Positions 18,951 to 28,306 are shown, counted from the stretch's first letter. The stretch: DNA of 42,000 nt from Pseudomonadota bacterium (GCA_041181325.1 JBEGPS010000244.1:1-42000); one strand, 5' to 3'. Numbers and translations are program-made. Notes: generated by a model not told the origin, from the letters alone.

Positions 18951-19484
18951 ATGAAAATAAGTGCTACAGCCCCCGTCCGTGTTGCGCAAGCAGCTACTAA
19001 ATTAATAGCAAATTTAGAGGGCAAAGCCACAGTCTGCATGGCTGCTTTTGCAATTTCCAGCTCGCTTGCCTATGCTGAGTCGGAAGGTGGTTCGCGAGTC
19101 CCTCCGCTTCCCAAGTACGCACAAGAATGCGCTGCTTGCCACGTGGCCTATCCCGTCGGATTACTGCCCGCTGCATCCTGGCAGCGCTTGATGGGTGGAC
19201 TCAATAAACATTTCGGCACTGACGCGTCGCTAGACGATGCCAATGTGCGTGAAATCAGCACTTGGCTCAAAGCCAATGCGGGCACTTCCAAACGTGCAAG
19301 TGAAGAGCCCCCTCACGACCGGATTACCCAGTCTGCCTGGTTTTTGCGCAAACACCGTGATGGTGAGGTGCCTGCCAACGTATGGAAACGGGCCTCAGTG
19401 GGCAGCCCCTCTAACTGCGTGGCTTGTCACGTTAATGCTGCAAAAGGCAATTTCAACGAGCACGAAGTGCGCATTCCCAAATGA
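18951..19484 (+). CDS. Diheme cytochrome c (DHC)
   Basis: YAQECAACHVAYP..LLPAASW..HFGTDASLD and NCVACH. The start is uncertain because the N-terminus overlaps the 50-bp repeat. Confidence 0.9.
   Translation: MKISATAPVRVAQAATKLIANLEGKATVCMAAFAISSSLAYAESEGGSRVPPLPKYAQECAACHVAYPVGLLPAASWQRLMGGLNKHFGTDASLDDANVREISTWLKANAGTSKRASEEPPHDRITQSAWFLRKHRDGEVPANVWKRASVGSPSNCVACHVNAAKGNFNEHEVRIPK
18961..19010 (-). repeat. 50-bp dispersed repeat, copy 2 (5' end of the DHC gene)
   Basis: Reverse complement tgctattaatttagtagctgcttgcgcaacacggacgggggctgtagcac aligns without gaps to the other copies. Confidence 0.8.
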
Positions 19485-20116
19485 TTTCCCCTTTACCAAG
19501 CAAAATAAAGGTGTGGGACGCTCCCACAAGGTTGTTTCATTGGTTGTTGGCCTTCAGCTTTGTGGGTGCCTACATTACGGCTGAGGGGGAGCGTTGGCGC
19601 TTGGTGCACGTCACTTTGGGGTACACCATGGGGGGCTTGTTGGCATTTCGTCTGGTGTGGGGCCTAGTGGGCACGCGCTACGCACGTTTCACCAATTTTG
19701 TGCGTGGTCCGCAAGCGGTAGTGGCCTACCTTGCATCGTTGCGAGGTGCGTCGCCACAGCATTTCACAGGACACAACCCCGCCGGTGCGGTAGCGATTGT
19801 GTTACTCATCGCTACGGGTATGGCCATAGTGGCCACTGGTTGGGCTACTTACAACGAGGTGGGCGGTGAATGGCTTAGCGAGTTGCACGAAGGGGCTGCA
19901 AACACCATGTTGGCGATTGTGGGTGTGCACATTGCCGGCGTGGTGGCAGCCACTTATTTGCACCGCGAAAACTTGGTGCGCTCTATGGTGACTGGTACCA
20001 AGCTCGGCTACCGCGGGGACGGTGTGCCTCTTAAAGGGTGGACTGCCGCCGTAGCGCTGTTGATGGCGCTGTGCGTGCTGATTTTTTGGTGGTTACAGTG
20101 GCAAAGCGCTCCATAA
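19481..20116 (+). CDS. Cytochrome b (cyt b561/Ni-hydrogenase cytochrome b family)
   Basis: VWDAPTRLFHW, HVTLGY, GHNPAG, LHE...HIAGV and ENLVRSMVTG; several TM segments. Confidence 0.9.
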   Translation: MISPLPSKIKVWDAPTRLFHWLLAFSFVGAYITAEGERWRLVHVTLGYTMGGLLAFRLVWGLVGTRYARFTNFVRGPQAVVAYLASLRGASPQHFTGHNPAGAVAIVLLIATGMAIVATGWATYNEVGGEWLSELHEGAANTMLAIVGVHIAGVVAATYLHRENLVRSMVTGTKLGYRGDGVPLKGWTAAVALLMALCVLIFWWLQWQSAP

Positions 20117-20149
20117 ATTGTCGATAACCCGCGACTTGAGTTAAACACC

Positions 20150-20815
20150 ATGCGAATTCTGCTTGCTGAAGACGATGCCATGTTGGGCGATGGCCTGCGC
20201 GCGGGGCTGCGCCAGCTGGGATTTCAGGTGGACTGGGTGCGCGATGGGGCCGCCGCCGAGCGCGAGTTAGCCAGCGACGTGTATGCGGCAGGCGTATTGG
20301 ACTTGGGCCTGCCCATGAAAGATGGGCTGGATGTCCTGCAGTCAGTGCGGGCGCGCAATATTGCGACACCTGTACTGGTGCTCACCGCACGCGATGCCAT
20401 TGCGGACAGGGTGCGTGGGTTGGACTTGGGGGCAGACGACTACGTAGTCAAACCCGTCGACTTGAACGAGTTAGCGGCACGCCTGCGCTCCCTGATACGA
20501 CGCTCACACGGCCAAACACACGAAGTACTGGTATGCGACAAAGTGCAGCTTGACCCCGCAGCGCGCCAAGTACGCTTTGATGGCCAAGCCGCGAGCCTGT
20601 CTACGCGGGAATTTGATTTGTTACACGCGCTGATGCGCAATGCGGGTCGCGTGCTGTCACGCGAACAGCTGGAGCAGCAAATGTACAGTTGGGGCCACGA
20701 GGTCGAGAGCAACACCATTGAGGTTCACATCCACCACTTGCGACGCAAACTCAGTTCGGATGCGATTCAAACCGTGCGTGGTGTGGGCTACACCATGCTA
20801 AAAGCGACCCCCTAA
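20150..20815 (+). CDS. OmpR-family response regulator (QseB/PmrA-like)
   Basis: MRILLAEDD, LDLGLP, LTARD, GADDYVVKP and SNTIEVHIHHLRRK. Confidence 0.95.
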   Translation: MRILLAEDDAMLGDGLRAGLRQLGFQVDWVRDGAAAERELASDVYAAGVLDLGLPMKDGLDVLQSVRARNIATPVLVLTARDAIADRVRGLDLGADDYVVKPVDLNELAARLRSLIRRSHGQTHEVLVCDKVQLDPAARQVRFDGQAASLSTREFDLLHALMRNAGRVLSREQLEQQMYSWGHEVESNTIEVHIHHLRRKLSSDAIQTVRGVGYTMLKATP

Positions 20816-20830
20816 AAATAGCCAACTGTC

Positions 20831-22168
20831 ATGAATGTCGTAGCAAAGCTCAGCTCGATACAGGCGCGCCTGCTTGCCATGGTGCTGGGCTTGGCGACAT
20901 TGGTGTGGCTGTGTGCTGCGTTACTGACATGGATAGACGCGCGCCACGAACTCGATGAGCTGTTAGACGGACATTTAGCCCAAGCAGCTGAGTTGCTGTT
21001 GGTGCAGGCCGATGGCGATGATGACGATGTTGGCGATGTATCCACTTCGCATAAATACACACCACAAGTGGCTTTTCAGGTGTTTATTGCAGACCAATTG
21101 GTCACGCGCTCCAGCAATGCCGGTACCGCGCCCATGGCCAGCGCAGAGACAGGATTTTCGACCGTACAACTGTCTGATGGTGAGTTGTGGCGCGTATTTG
21201 CCACGCCAGAGAACAACCGCAAAGTACGTGTCTTTGTCGGTGAAAAAGTAGAGTCTCGCCAGTCCATCTTATGGGCGGTGTTGCGCAGCATGTTGTGGCC
21301 GCTGTTGATTGCCATGCCGCTACTAGGCCTGGTGGGCTGGTGGTCGGTGCGCCGCGGCTTGACACCTTTGCGAGAGCTAAGTGAATCATTGGGTAAACGC
21401 GTGCCCCATGCACTTGAGCCCATCATCTTGCGAAACATGCCGCAGGAAATGCAACCGCTGGTGGGCGCTTTGAATGAATTACTGGACCGCATTGGCGGTA
21501 TGGTGGCCTCGGAGCGGCGTTTTACCGCAGATGCTGCCCACGAGTTGCGCACGCCCATTGCGGCTATTCGGGCACAAGCGCAGGTGGCGCTGGGGGCGGG
21601 TGAGGATGAAGCCCAGCGCAGCCATGCGCTGCAGTTCACCCTGGCGGGCTGTGACCGTGCCACTCGACTGGTCGACCAGCTGCTCACACTGGCGCGACTG
21701 GAGGCCAGCCAGGCTAGGCCGGTGTCGCAGGTAGACCTGGCCGCCTTGGCGCAGCGTGTATCGGCAGATTTGGCGCCTGCAGCTTTGGCACGCGGGCAAA
21801 CACTGGAGCTGGACGCCGAAATTGCCTGCGCGGTAGCTGCTGACGACGTGCTTTTAGGCGTGCTGATTCGCAACCTGGTAGACAACGCCTTGCGTTACAG
21901 CCCTGATGGTGCGCGTGTCTTGGTCAGCGTGCGGCATGGGCCAATGGCCTGTGAGGTGTGCGTACAAGACAGCGGGCCTGGCATGTCGTCAGAGTCTACG
22001 CAGCGCCTGGGAGAGCGGTTTTTTCGGGTGCTTGGGTCGGACCAACCCGGTAGCGGGCTAGGATGGTCGATCGTCAGGCGCATTGCCGATGTTTTTGGTG
22101 CGCAGCTGGTCGCCTGTCGCTCGCCCGCTTTAGGCGGACTCATGGTCACCGTGCGCCTGCCACACTAG
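20831..22168 (+). CDS. Sensor histidine kinase (QseC-like)
   Basis: Two TM segments, FTADAAHELRTP H-box, NLVDNALRY, DSGPG and GSGLG. Confidence 0.95.
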   Translation: MNVVAKLSSIQARLLAMVLGLATLVWLCAALLTWIDARHELDELLDGHLAQAAELLLVQADGDDDDVGDVSTSHKYTPQVAFQVFIADQLVTRSSNAGTAPMASAETGFSTVQLSDGELWRVFATPENNRKVRVFVGEKVESRQSILWAVLRSMLWPLLIAMPLLGLVGWWSVRRGLTPLRELSESLGKRVPHALEPIILRNMPQEMQPLVGALNELLDRIGGMVASERRFTADAAHELRTPIAAIRAQAQVALGAGEDEAQRSHALQFTLAGCDRATRLVDQLLTLARLEASQARPVSQVDLAALAQRVSADLAPAALARGQTLELDAEIACAVAADDVLLGVLIRNLVDNALRYSPDGARVLVSVRHGPMACEVCVQDSGPGMSSESTQRLGERFFRVLGSDQPGSGLGWSIVRRIADVFGAQLVACRSPALGGLMVTVRLPH

Positions 22169-22215
22169 GTAGTTGCACGCGCTGCGGTGCCGCGCTGACC
22201 TGCGAAAATCAGTAC

Positions 22216-22617
22216 ATGCAATTTCAAAAAATATTAATCCCTTTGGGGAGCATCGCTTTCGTAGCGGTGGCTTATAAAAGCTACGGCTGGTCGGGCGTGG
22301 CGGGCTCTACCGCCTTGTTGGTGATGTGGATGCTGCTGCATTTCACCCGCATGTTGCAAGTGCTCAAGCGTGCCACCAACCGCCCGGTGGGCTTTGTGGG
22401 TAGCGCTGTGATGCTCAACGCCAAGCTGCGAAAGGGTGCCACCTTGCTGCATGTGGTCGCCATGACGCGCGCCCTGGGCGAGTTGCTCACCCCTAAAGAC
22501 ACCCAGCCAGAGCAGTTTCGCTGGACCGACGGCACCCAGTCGCACGTCACTTGCCTGTTTGTGGGCGGGAAACTTGTCAGTTGGGAACTGTTTCGCCCCA
22601 CCCCAGAGGCCTCGTAA
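22216..22617 (+). CDS. Conserved membrane-anchored hypothetical protein
   Basis: ATG at 22216, two short hydrophobic segments, SAVMLNAKL..G.TLLHVVAMTRALG; immediately upstream of ilvE. Confidence 0.7.
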   Translation: MQFQKILIPLGSIAFVAVAYKSYGWSGVAGSTALLVMWMLLHFTRMLQVLKRATNRPVGFVGSAVMLNAKLRKGATLLHVVAMTRALGELLTPKDTQPEQFRWTDGTQSHVTCLFVGGKLVSWELFRPTPEAS

Positions 22618-22667
22618 AATCAGCGGTTGCACAGTTTCAACCGACTCCAACAACAAGGACACCCTCG

Positions 22668-23618
22668 ATGAGCGCACTTCCCCCCTCGATGTCAGACCGT
22701 GACGGCAAAATCTGGATGGACGGCCAGATGGTGGATTGGCGTGACGCCAAAATCCACGTGCTGACCCATACCCTGCACTACGGTTGCGGTGCGTTTGAGG
22801 GCGTGCGTGCCTACAAAGGCGAAAACGGCACTGCCATCTTCCGCCTGGAAGAACACACCCAGCGCCTGTTCAACAGTGCCAAAATTTTGCGCATGCAAAT
22901 TCCGTTCACCCAAGACCAGGTGAACGAGGCTCAAAAAGCCGTGATCCGCGAGAACAACCTAGAGTCCGGCTACATCCGCCCGCTCACCTGGATTGGTGAC
23001 CGCAAGTTGGGTGTCTCGCCTAAGGGCAACACGATTCATTTGATGGTGGCCGCCTGGCCATGGGGCGCTTACTTGGGCGAAGAGGGCATGAAGCGCGGCA
23101 TTCGCGTCAAAATTTCCAGCTACACCCGCCACCACGTCAACATCACCATGACTCAGGCCAAGGCGGTGAGCAACTACACCAACTCGATTTTGGCCAACAT
23201 GGAAGCCACCGACGACGGCTATGACGAAGCCATGTTGCTCGATGCCAGCGGTTTTGTCAGTGAAGGCGCAGGCGAAAACCTGTTTGTGGTGAAAGACGGC
23301 GTGGTTTATACGCCTGACTTGTCCGCCGGTGCCCTGAACGGCATCACCCGCAATACCGTTATGCACATCTGCCAAGACTTAGGGCTGGAGTTGGTGCAAA
23401 AGCGCATTACCCGCGACGAGGTGTACATCTGCGACGAAGCCTTCTTCAGTGGCACCGCCGCCGAAATCACCCCGATTCGCGAGCTGGACCGCATCGAGCT
23501 GGGCAAGGCCGACTACGTCGGCACGCGCGGCCCCATTACCGAAAAAATCCAGAGTGCCTTCTTTGACATCGTTAACGGCCGCAACCCCAAATACGCCCAC
23601 TGGTTGGCGAAAATTTAA
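22668..23618 (+). CDS. ilvE: Branched-chain amino acid aminotransferase
   Basis: LHYGCGAFEGVRAY, YIRP, AKAVSNY, EGAGENLF, LNGITR and GTAAEITP. Confidence 0.97.
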   Translation: MSALPPSMSDRDGKIWMDGQMVDWRDAKIHVLTHTLHYGCGAFEGVRAYKGENGTAIFRLEEHTQRLFNSAKILRMQIPFTQDQVNEAQKAVIRENNLESGYIRPLTWIGDRKLGVSPKGNTIHLMVAAWPWGAYLGEEGMKRGIRVKISSYTRHHVNITMTQAKAVSNYTNSILANMEATDDGYDEAMLLDASGFVSEGAGENLFVVKDGVVYTPDLSAGALNGITRNTVMHICQDLGLELVQKRITRDEVYICDEAFFSGTAAEITPIRELDRIELGKADYVGTRGPITEKIQSAFFDIVNGRNPKYAHWLAKI

Positions 23619-23623
23619 CGTAT

Positions 23624-23666
23624 TTGAGGGTCAGACCACTCGCGCAGCGATGTGCTCTGACCCCAA
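23624..23666. repeat. REP-like palindrome
   Basis: TTGAGGGTCAGA...TCTGACCCCAA outer inverted repeat with an inner TCGC-GCA-GCGA hairpin, just after the ilvE stop. Confidence 0.55.
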
Positions 23667-23682
23667 CTAACTAGAGGAATGT

Positions 23683-23886
23683 ATGAGCAAATCTGTCATT
23701 GAACTGCTGGCCACCGACTTGAACCACCAAGGCGGCGTGTTCTGCCCCAGCCCCCTGGCCCAAATGGAAACGTGGAATACCCACCCCAAGGTGTACCTGG
23801 ACGTAGGCCACAGCGGCGAAGCCAAGTGCCCCTATTGCGGCACCGTGTACAAATTGAAGGACGGCGAGCACTTCAAAGGTCACTGA
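23683..23886 (+). CDS. Zinc-finger (zf-CHCC) small protein
   Basis: VFCP...HPKVYL...CPYCG motif; GAGGA RBS. Confidence 0.9.
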   Translation: MSKSVIELLATDLNHQGGVFCPSPLAQMETWNTHPKVYLDVGHSGEAKCPYCGTVYKLKDGEHFKGH

Positions 23887-23965
23887 CCCCCACGCTCCGC
23901 CGCTTCGCGGGTCGCTGCCCCCCAAGGGGGTGCGGTTCCCCTTGGGGCGGCCCGGCGGCAAAACC
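23886..23965. repeat. GC-rich multi-hairpin intergenic element (REP/MITE-like)
   Basis: ccccacgctccgccgcttcgcgggtcgctgccccccaagggggtgcggttccccttggggcggcccggcggc contains several nested inverted repeats; single copy in this window. Confidence 0.5.
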
Positions 23966-23973
23966 AATTCCAC

Positions 23974-25053
23974 ATGAAAACATCTCTCGTTATAGCGCCC
24001 CAATGGATTGGGGACGCGGTGATGACCGAGCCGCTCATGCGCAGGCTGGCCCAGCGCGGCGAGCGCCTCACGGTAGGGGCCTTGCCCTGGGTGGCGCCGG
24101 TGTACCGGGCCATGCCGCATGTGGCGCAGGTGGTGGATTTGCCTTTTGCTCACGGTGGCTTGCAGTGGAAGGCGCGCCGCAGCCTTGCAAAGCAATGGTC
24201 AGGGCAGTTTGATTGCGCCTACATCTGCCCCAACTCCATCAAAAGTGCGCTGCTACCGCTGCTGGCGGGCATTCCCAAGCGCGTGGGGTATTTGGGCGAA
24301 GCCCGCGTGGGCCTGCTCACCCACCGCTTGAAAAACCCTGCCAAAGGCCAACGTCCACCTATGGTGGCGTTTTACTCTGCGCTCAGCGGAGAGTCGGGCG
24401 TTGAGTCCGACAAACCCACCTTGGTAGTGTCCGATGCAGCCATTGCCCAAGCGCTGACAGCGCAGGGAAATCTGGCCGCGAACGGTGCTGGGGCAAACGC
24501 CAGTGCTTGTGGCCCATTGCAGCGCAATGGTTACTACGTGTTTGCCCCCGGTGCGGAATACGGCCCCGCCAAGCGCTGGCCGGCTAACCACTTCGCGGAA
24601 CTGGCCAGTCAACTCGCGCTGCCAGTGTTGTTGTTGGGTTCTGGCAAAGAGGCGGCGCTGTGCGCTGAAATTGCTGCGACGGCAAACGCAGGCAAGCGTT
24701 TTGTCAGTGGCTCAGCGAATACCGCTTTCCCAGTTGTCATGGACCTGTCGGGCCGCACCTCATTGGACGAGGCGTTGGCCCTGATAGCCGGTGCCAAAGC
24801 CATGGTCAGCAACGACTCCGGCCTGATGCACGTTGCCGCCGCCCTGCATGTGCCCCAGGTGGCAGTCTTCGGCTCATCCAGCCCTTTGCACACTCCCCCC
24901 TTGAGCGACCGCGCGCATGTGGTCTGGCTTAAAAACGACCCCGCCTACCAGCCCGCGCTGGACTGCGCGCCGTGCTTCGAGCGCGAATGCCCGCTGGGCC
25001 ATACGCGCTGTTTGGTGGATGTTTTGCCTGAGAGATTGCTATATCTTTTATAG
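23974..25053 (+). CDS. waaF: Lipopolysaccharide heptosyltransferase II
   Basis: APQWIGDAVM, PNSIKSA, PGAEYGPAKRWP, SNDSGLMHVAAA and CAPCFERECPLGH. Confidence 0.95.
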   Translation: MKTSLVIAPQWIGDAVMTEPLMRRLAQRGERLTVGALPWVAPVYRAMPHVAQVVDLPFAHGGLQWKARRSLAKQWSGQFDCAYICPNSIKSALLPLLAGIPKRVGYLGEARVGLLTHRLKNPAKGQRPPMVAFYSALSGESGVESDKPTLVVSDAAIAQALTAQGNLAANGAGANASACGPLQRNGYYVFAPGAEYGPAKRWPANHFAELASQLALPVLLLGSGKEAALCAEIAATANAGKRFVSGSANTAFPVVMDLSGRTSLDEALALIAGAKAMVSNDSGLMHVAAALHVPQVAVFGSSSPLHTPPLSDRAHVVWLKNDPAYQPALDCAPCFERECPLGHTRCLVDVLPERLLYLL

Positions 25054-25086
25054 CTGCTTACGCATGTTCCACGGGGGCTAGAGGCC
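25037..25086 (+). repeat. 50-bp dispersed repeat, copy 3 (supplies the waaF stop codon)
   Basis: tgctatatcttttatagctgcttacgcatgttccacgggggctagaggcc. Confidence 0.85.
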
Positions 25087-25096
25087 GTAATGATGC

Positions 25097-25771
25097 CTAA
25101 ACTGAACCCAAAGCCAGACTGGCAGCAATATCGTTTTCAAACTGCGCCATGGCCGAGTTGGTGAGCGTGTCGCTGGCCCATGCCACCAGACTGGTGGGGG
25201 GCAAGGTGGCGGCAGTTGCTCCGCAGGCAATCAGCTTAGCCAGCACGTCGGGGCTTTTGATGCTGGCGGCTAGGAGTGCGGGGCCGTTGGCTTGCACGGC
25301 TACGCAGGCTTCCATCAGTGCCCAAACATCGCGCCCGTCGGTGGCCAAGCGGCCAATGTACGGGGCCACATAAGCGGCTTTGAGCGATTGGGCCCACAGC
25401 AATTGCACGGGGTTGGACAGACCGGTGAGCAAAATGGGCTGCTCTGCGGCTTGCATGGCGTGTATGCAGGGCAGCCAGTCGGGGTGGCATGGCAGCTTGA
25501 TGGTGAGCGCTATTTTCAGGGCTGCTGCTTTGGCTTGCAATGCTGCATGCCACTCAGTGGCTTGGTTGGCATCGGGGCTGGGGAGTTGCAGCATCAGCTC
25601 GGCCAGGCCATGGTCGGCGGCGGCTTGCAGCAGGTGCAAATAGGTGGGTAGAGTGACAGGCAGCCCGGCCTGGAATACCAGCGTGGGGTTGGTGGTGACG
25701 CCGCACACGGGCGGGCAACCGGCGGGAAGTGCCCACGAGGCTACCTGGGCCGAGTCGAGGTAAATTTTCAC
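25097..25771 (-). CDS. Transaldolase/fructose-6-phosphate aldolase family protein (divergent)
   Basis: YLDSA, GVTTNPT, Schiff-base Lys in TIKLP, YVAPYIGR and LAASIK. Confidence 0.85.
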   Translation of the reverse strand: MKIYLDSAQVASWALPAGCPPVCGVTTNPTLVFQAGLPVTLPTYLHLLQAAADHGLAELMLQLPSPDANQATEWHAALQAKAAALKIALTIKLPCHPDWLPCIHAMQAAEQPILLTGLSNPVQLLWAQSLKAAYVAPYIGRLATDGRDVWALMEACVAVQANGPALLAASIKSPDVLAKLIACGATAATLPPTSLVAWASDTLTNSAMAQFENDIAASLALGSV

Positions 25772-27003
25772 GCGAGGTCTTCTTTAAGAAAAATGTCTTT
25801 GATCGGAAAAAACTGCGTGTGAAGCGGCAGCAGTGACCCACCCAGTGCCCGTGCATGTGCGCCTACTTGGCCCGACATGATGGTGGGCGCTTGCAGGCCG
25901 TCCAGGTTGTACTGCCCTATGCGTTCGCGGGTGGCAAGAATTAGCGCCTCTACCAGCGAGCGGCCGAGCGAGCCGTCAATAATCACCGCGTTCAGGTCCA
26001 TCAGTGCAGCCGCACTCACTGCGGTCATGGATAAGGCCTTGCCCGCTTGCGCCAGCCAGGGTTCTACATAGGCGGCGTAGGCCGGGTCCATGATGGCGTC
26101 CTGGTGCACCAGTTGCGGGGCAAAACCGGCTTGCTCCAGCGTCTGCTCCAGGTGCCAGCCGGATGCCATTTGCAGTAGCTGTGCGGGTTTTTGGTTAGAG
26201 CCCGTGCTGGCACTGGCCATGCCCATGGGCATAGAGCCAATGGCCCCAGCGTTGTCGCGCTGGCCCGCCACAATGTGGCCCGACAGCACCAGGCCGCCGC
26301 CCACAAAAGTGCCCACAAATACATACAAATAGTTTTCCACCATGCGGCCGTGGCCTTGCAACATTTCGGCCACACAGGCCGCAGTGGTGTCTTTGGCAAA
26401 CTCAACCGGCAGGTCGGTCAGTGCTTGCACCGTGGCGCGTAAATCCAGCGCTTCCCAGCGTTGCAGGGCTTTGCCGGCAATGCCGCCCATTTGGTCTGAC
26501 CAGTGGTGCAGCGAGAGCGGGGCGGTCAGGCCAATGCCTACCATGCGTTCCCAGTCTTTGCCCATCGTGGCTTGCATGTGGGCCAGGCCTTTTTCAATGT
26601 TGGGCAGCACCACATCGGGGTCTGGGTAGGGGTAGGTGTATTGCAGGCGGTGACGAGGTTGGCCCAAAAAGTCGGACACCAGCACCTCCAGGCTGCGTCG
26701 GCCCACCTGCAAGCCCAGGCTGTAAGCGCCGTCAGGGTTCAGGCTCAGGGGAACCGAGGGTTGGCCGATTTTGCCGCGCACGCGGTCTTGTTTGAGTAGC
26801 AGCCCATCGTCAATCAAGCGGCTGACAATGATGGCTACGGTTTGCGACGACAGCTGCGTCAGCCGCGCGATGTCGGCTTTGGCAATGGCCCCGTGGTGGC
26901 GAATAGCCTGCAGCACAATGCGCTCGTTGAACTGGCGCATTCCTGTGTGGTTAGAGCCGCGCATTTGGCGCGGATCGCGGGTAAAGGAAGTTTCAGCTGT
27001 CAA
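25768..27003 (-). CDS. ROK-family transcriptional repressor
   Basis: N-terminal HTH (ADIARLTQLSSQTV), RGKIGQP and GTFVGGGLVL..G...NAGAIG. Confidence 0.92.
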   Translation of the reverse strand: MTAETSFTRDPRQMRGSNHTGMRQFNERIVLQAIRHHGAIAKADIARLTQLSSQTVAIIVSRLIDDGLLLKQDRVRGKIGQPSVPLSLNPDGAYSLGLQVGRRSLEVLVSDFLGQPRHRLQYTYPYPDPDVVLPNIEKGLAHMQATMGKDWERMVGIGLTAPLSLHHWSDQMGGIAGKALQRWEALDLRATVQALTDLPVEFAKDTTAACVAEMLQGHGRMVENYLYVFVGTFVGGGLVLSGHIVAGQRDNAGAIGSMPMGMASASTGSNQKPAQLLQMASGWHLEQTLEQAGFAPQLVHQDAIMDPAYAAYVEPWLAQAGKALSMTAVSAAALMDLNAVIIDGSLGRSLVEALILATRERIGQYNLDGLQAPTIMSGQVGAHARALGGSLLPLHTQFFPIKDIFLKEDLA

Positions 27004-27025
27004 AGCGATTCACTACGGTCCAAGA

Positions 27026-27466
27026 TTAGTTGAGGATGACGCCTTTGCAGAACATGGCGTTGCCGTACGCCGTGGCTTCGCCGCTCTGCACAATCAGGCT
27101 TGCACCCTTGATCTTGTCATAAAAAGCGTAGCGTTCTACAGGCTCTATTTTGTCGCCTGACAGGCCGTCTTCGACTAACAGATCTACCAATGACTGCTGT
27201 GCCAGCGTGCGGTGGTCTTGCGCGGTATTGCATGAGTGCATGTAGGCTGCAGGGCAGGGCACGTCTACCGCCAGTGGTATTACCGACAGCACTGCCTTGG
27301 AGACGCGCTCCAAGCTATGGCCCGGCAGGCGCACTACCGGATTGCCGTTGCTCAAAAAGTCAGCGGTGAAGTTGGCATCCACCACAGCAACCCATTCACC
27401 ATGGCCCATGGCGCACAAGTGCATCAATAGCTCGGGGGTCAACAAAGGGTCAATTCCTTTTAGCAT
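27026..27466 (-). CDS. RbsD/FucU-family sugar mutarotase/pyranase
   Basis: MLKGIDPLLTPELL..L.AMGHG...VVDANF, ERYAFY and GE..AYGN...KGVI. Confidence 0.92.
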   Translation of the reverse strand: MLKGIDPLLTPELLMHLCAMGHGEWVAVVDANFTADFLSNGNPVVRLPGHSLERVSKAVLSVIPLAVDVPCPAAYMHSCNTAQDHRTLAQQSLVDLLVEDGLSGDKIEPVERYAFYDKIKGASLIVQSGEATAYGNAMFCKGVILN

Positions 27467-28248
27467 GCAACGGCCTCTTGTGATTGCAGTTTGGCGGGGT
27501 CGATGGCACCGGTAATCAGGCCTACGATTTCTTCAGGGTTGGTTTCGCGGGTTAGGCGACTGCAGATGATGCGGCCTTGGCGGAACACCCAAATGCGGTC
27601 TACCAAGTCAAACACCTGGCGCAGGTTGTGGCTAATGATGATGAGCGGAATGCCTTGCTGTTTCAGGCCCTTGATGATTTGCTCCACACGCGCGGTTTCA
27701 GCTACACCCAATGCGGCGGTGGGTTCGTCCAGAATGATGAGTTTTTTGGCAAAACCCGCAGCACGTGCAATGGCCACACATTGGCGTTGTCCGCCCGACA
27801 TGCCGCGCAGGCTCTCCGACATGTCTTGAATCTTCACCCCCGTCGTGGACAGCATGGCAGTGGATTTTTCGCGCATGGCCTTGTGGTTCAGGATAGACAG
27901 CGGCCCCAGGTTCAGGCGCGTGATTTCGCGGCCCAGGAAGATGTTGGCAGGCACATCCAGGTCTTCGGCCAGTGCCAGCGTTTGGTAGACGGTTTCAATC
28001 CCCTTTTCGCGGGCATCCAGGGGTGAGTCGAAGTGCACGGTTTGGCCGTCCAGGCTAATTTCACCCTCGTTGGGGCGCTCGGCCCCAGTTATCAGGCGCA
28101 CAAAAGTGCTTTTGCCCGCGCCGTTGTCGCCCACGATGGCAGCGTGCTCACCAGGCAAAAGCTGAAAGCTTGCGCCTGTAAGCGCTTTGACGCCACCGTA
28201 GTGTTTGGTCAGGCCGCTGATGCGCAGCACGGGTTGGGTAGAGGTCAT
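27460..28248 (-). CDS. Sugar ABC transporter ATP-binding protein (single NBD)
   Basis: GDNGAGKS, GIETVYQTLAL, MSGGQRQ and LDEPTAALG. Confidence 0.93.
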   Translation of the reverse strand: MTSTQPVLRISGLTKHYGGVKALTGASFQLLPGEHAAIVGDNGAGKSTFVRLITGAERPNEGEISLDGQTVHFDSPLDAREKGIETVYQTLALAEDLDVPANIFLGREITRLNLGPLSILNHKAMREKSTAMLSTTGVKIQDMSESLRGMSGGQRQCVAIARAAGFAKKLIILDEPTAALGVAETARVEQIIKGLKQQGIPLIIISHNLRQVFDLVDRIWVFRQGRIICSRLTRETNPEEIVGLITGAIDPAKLQSQEAVAC

Positions 28249-28306
28249 GGATGCAATCTCAATAGCAGAAGTGGCTGCAAGCATGCCATGTTCCAGCAAA
28301 AATCAT

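Noticed and set aside
22216-22617. Enzyme assignment (e.g. glycerate kinase) for the small gene before ilvE
   Set aside because: Only 133 aa with membrane segments and no kinase motifs; left as hypothetical.
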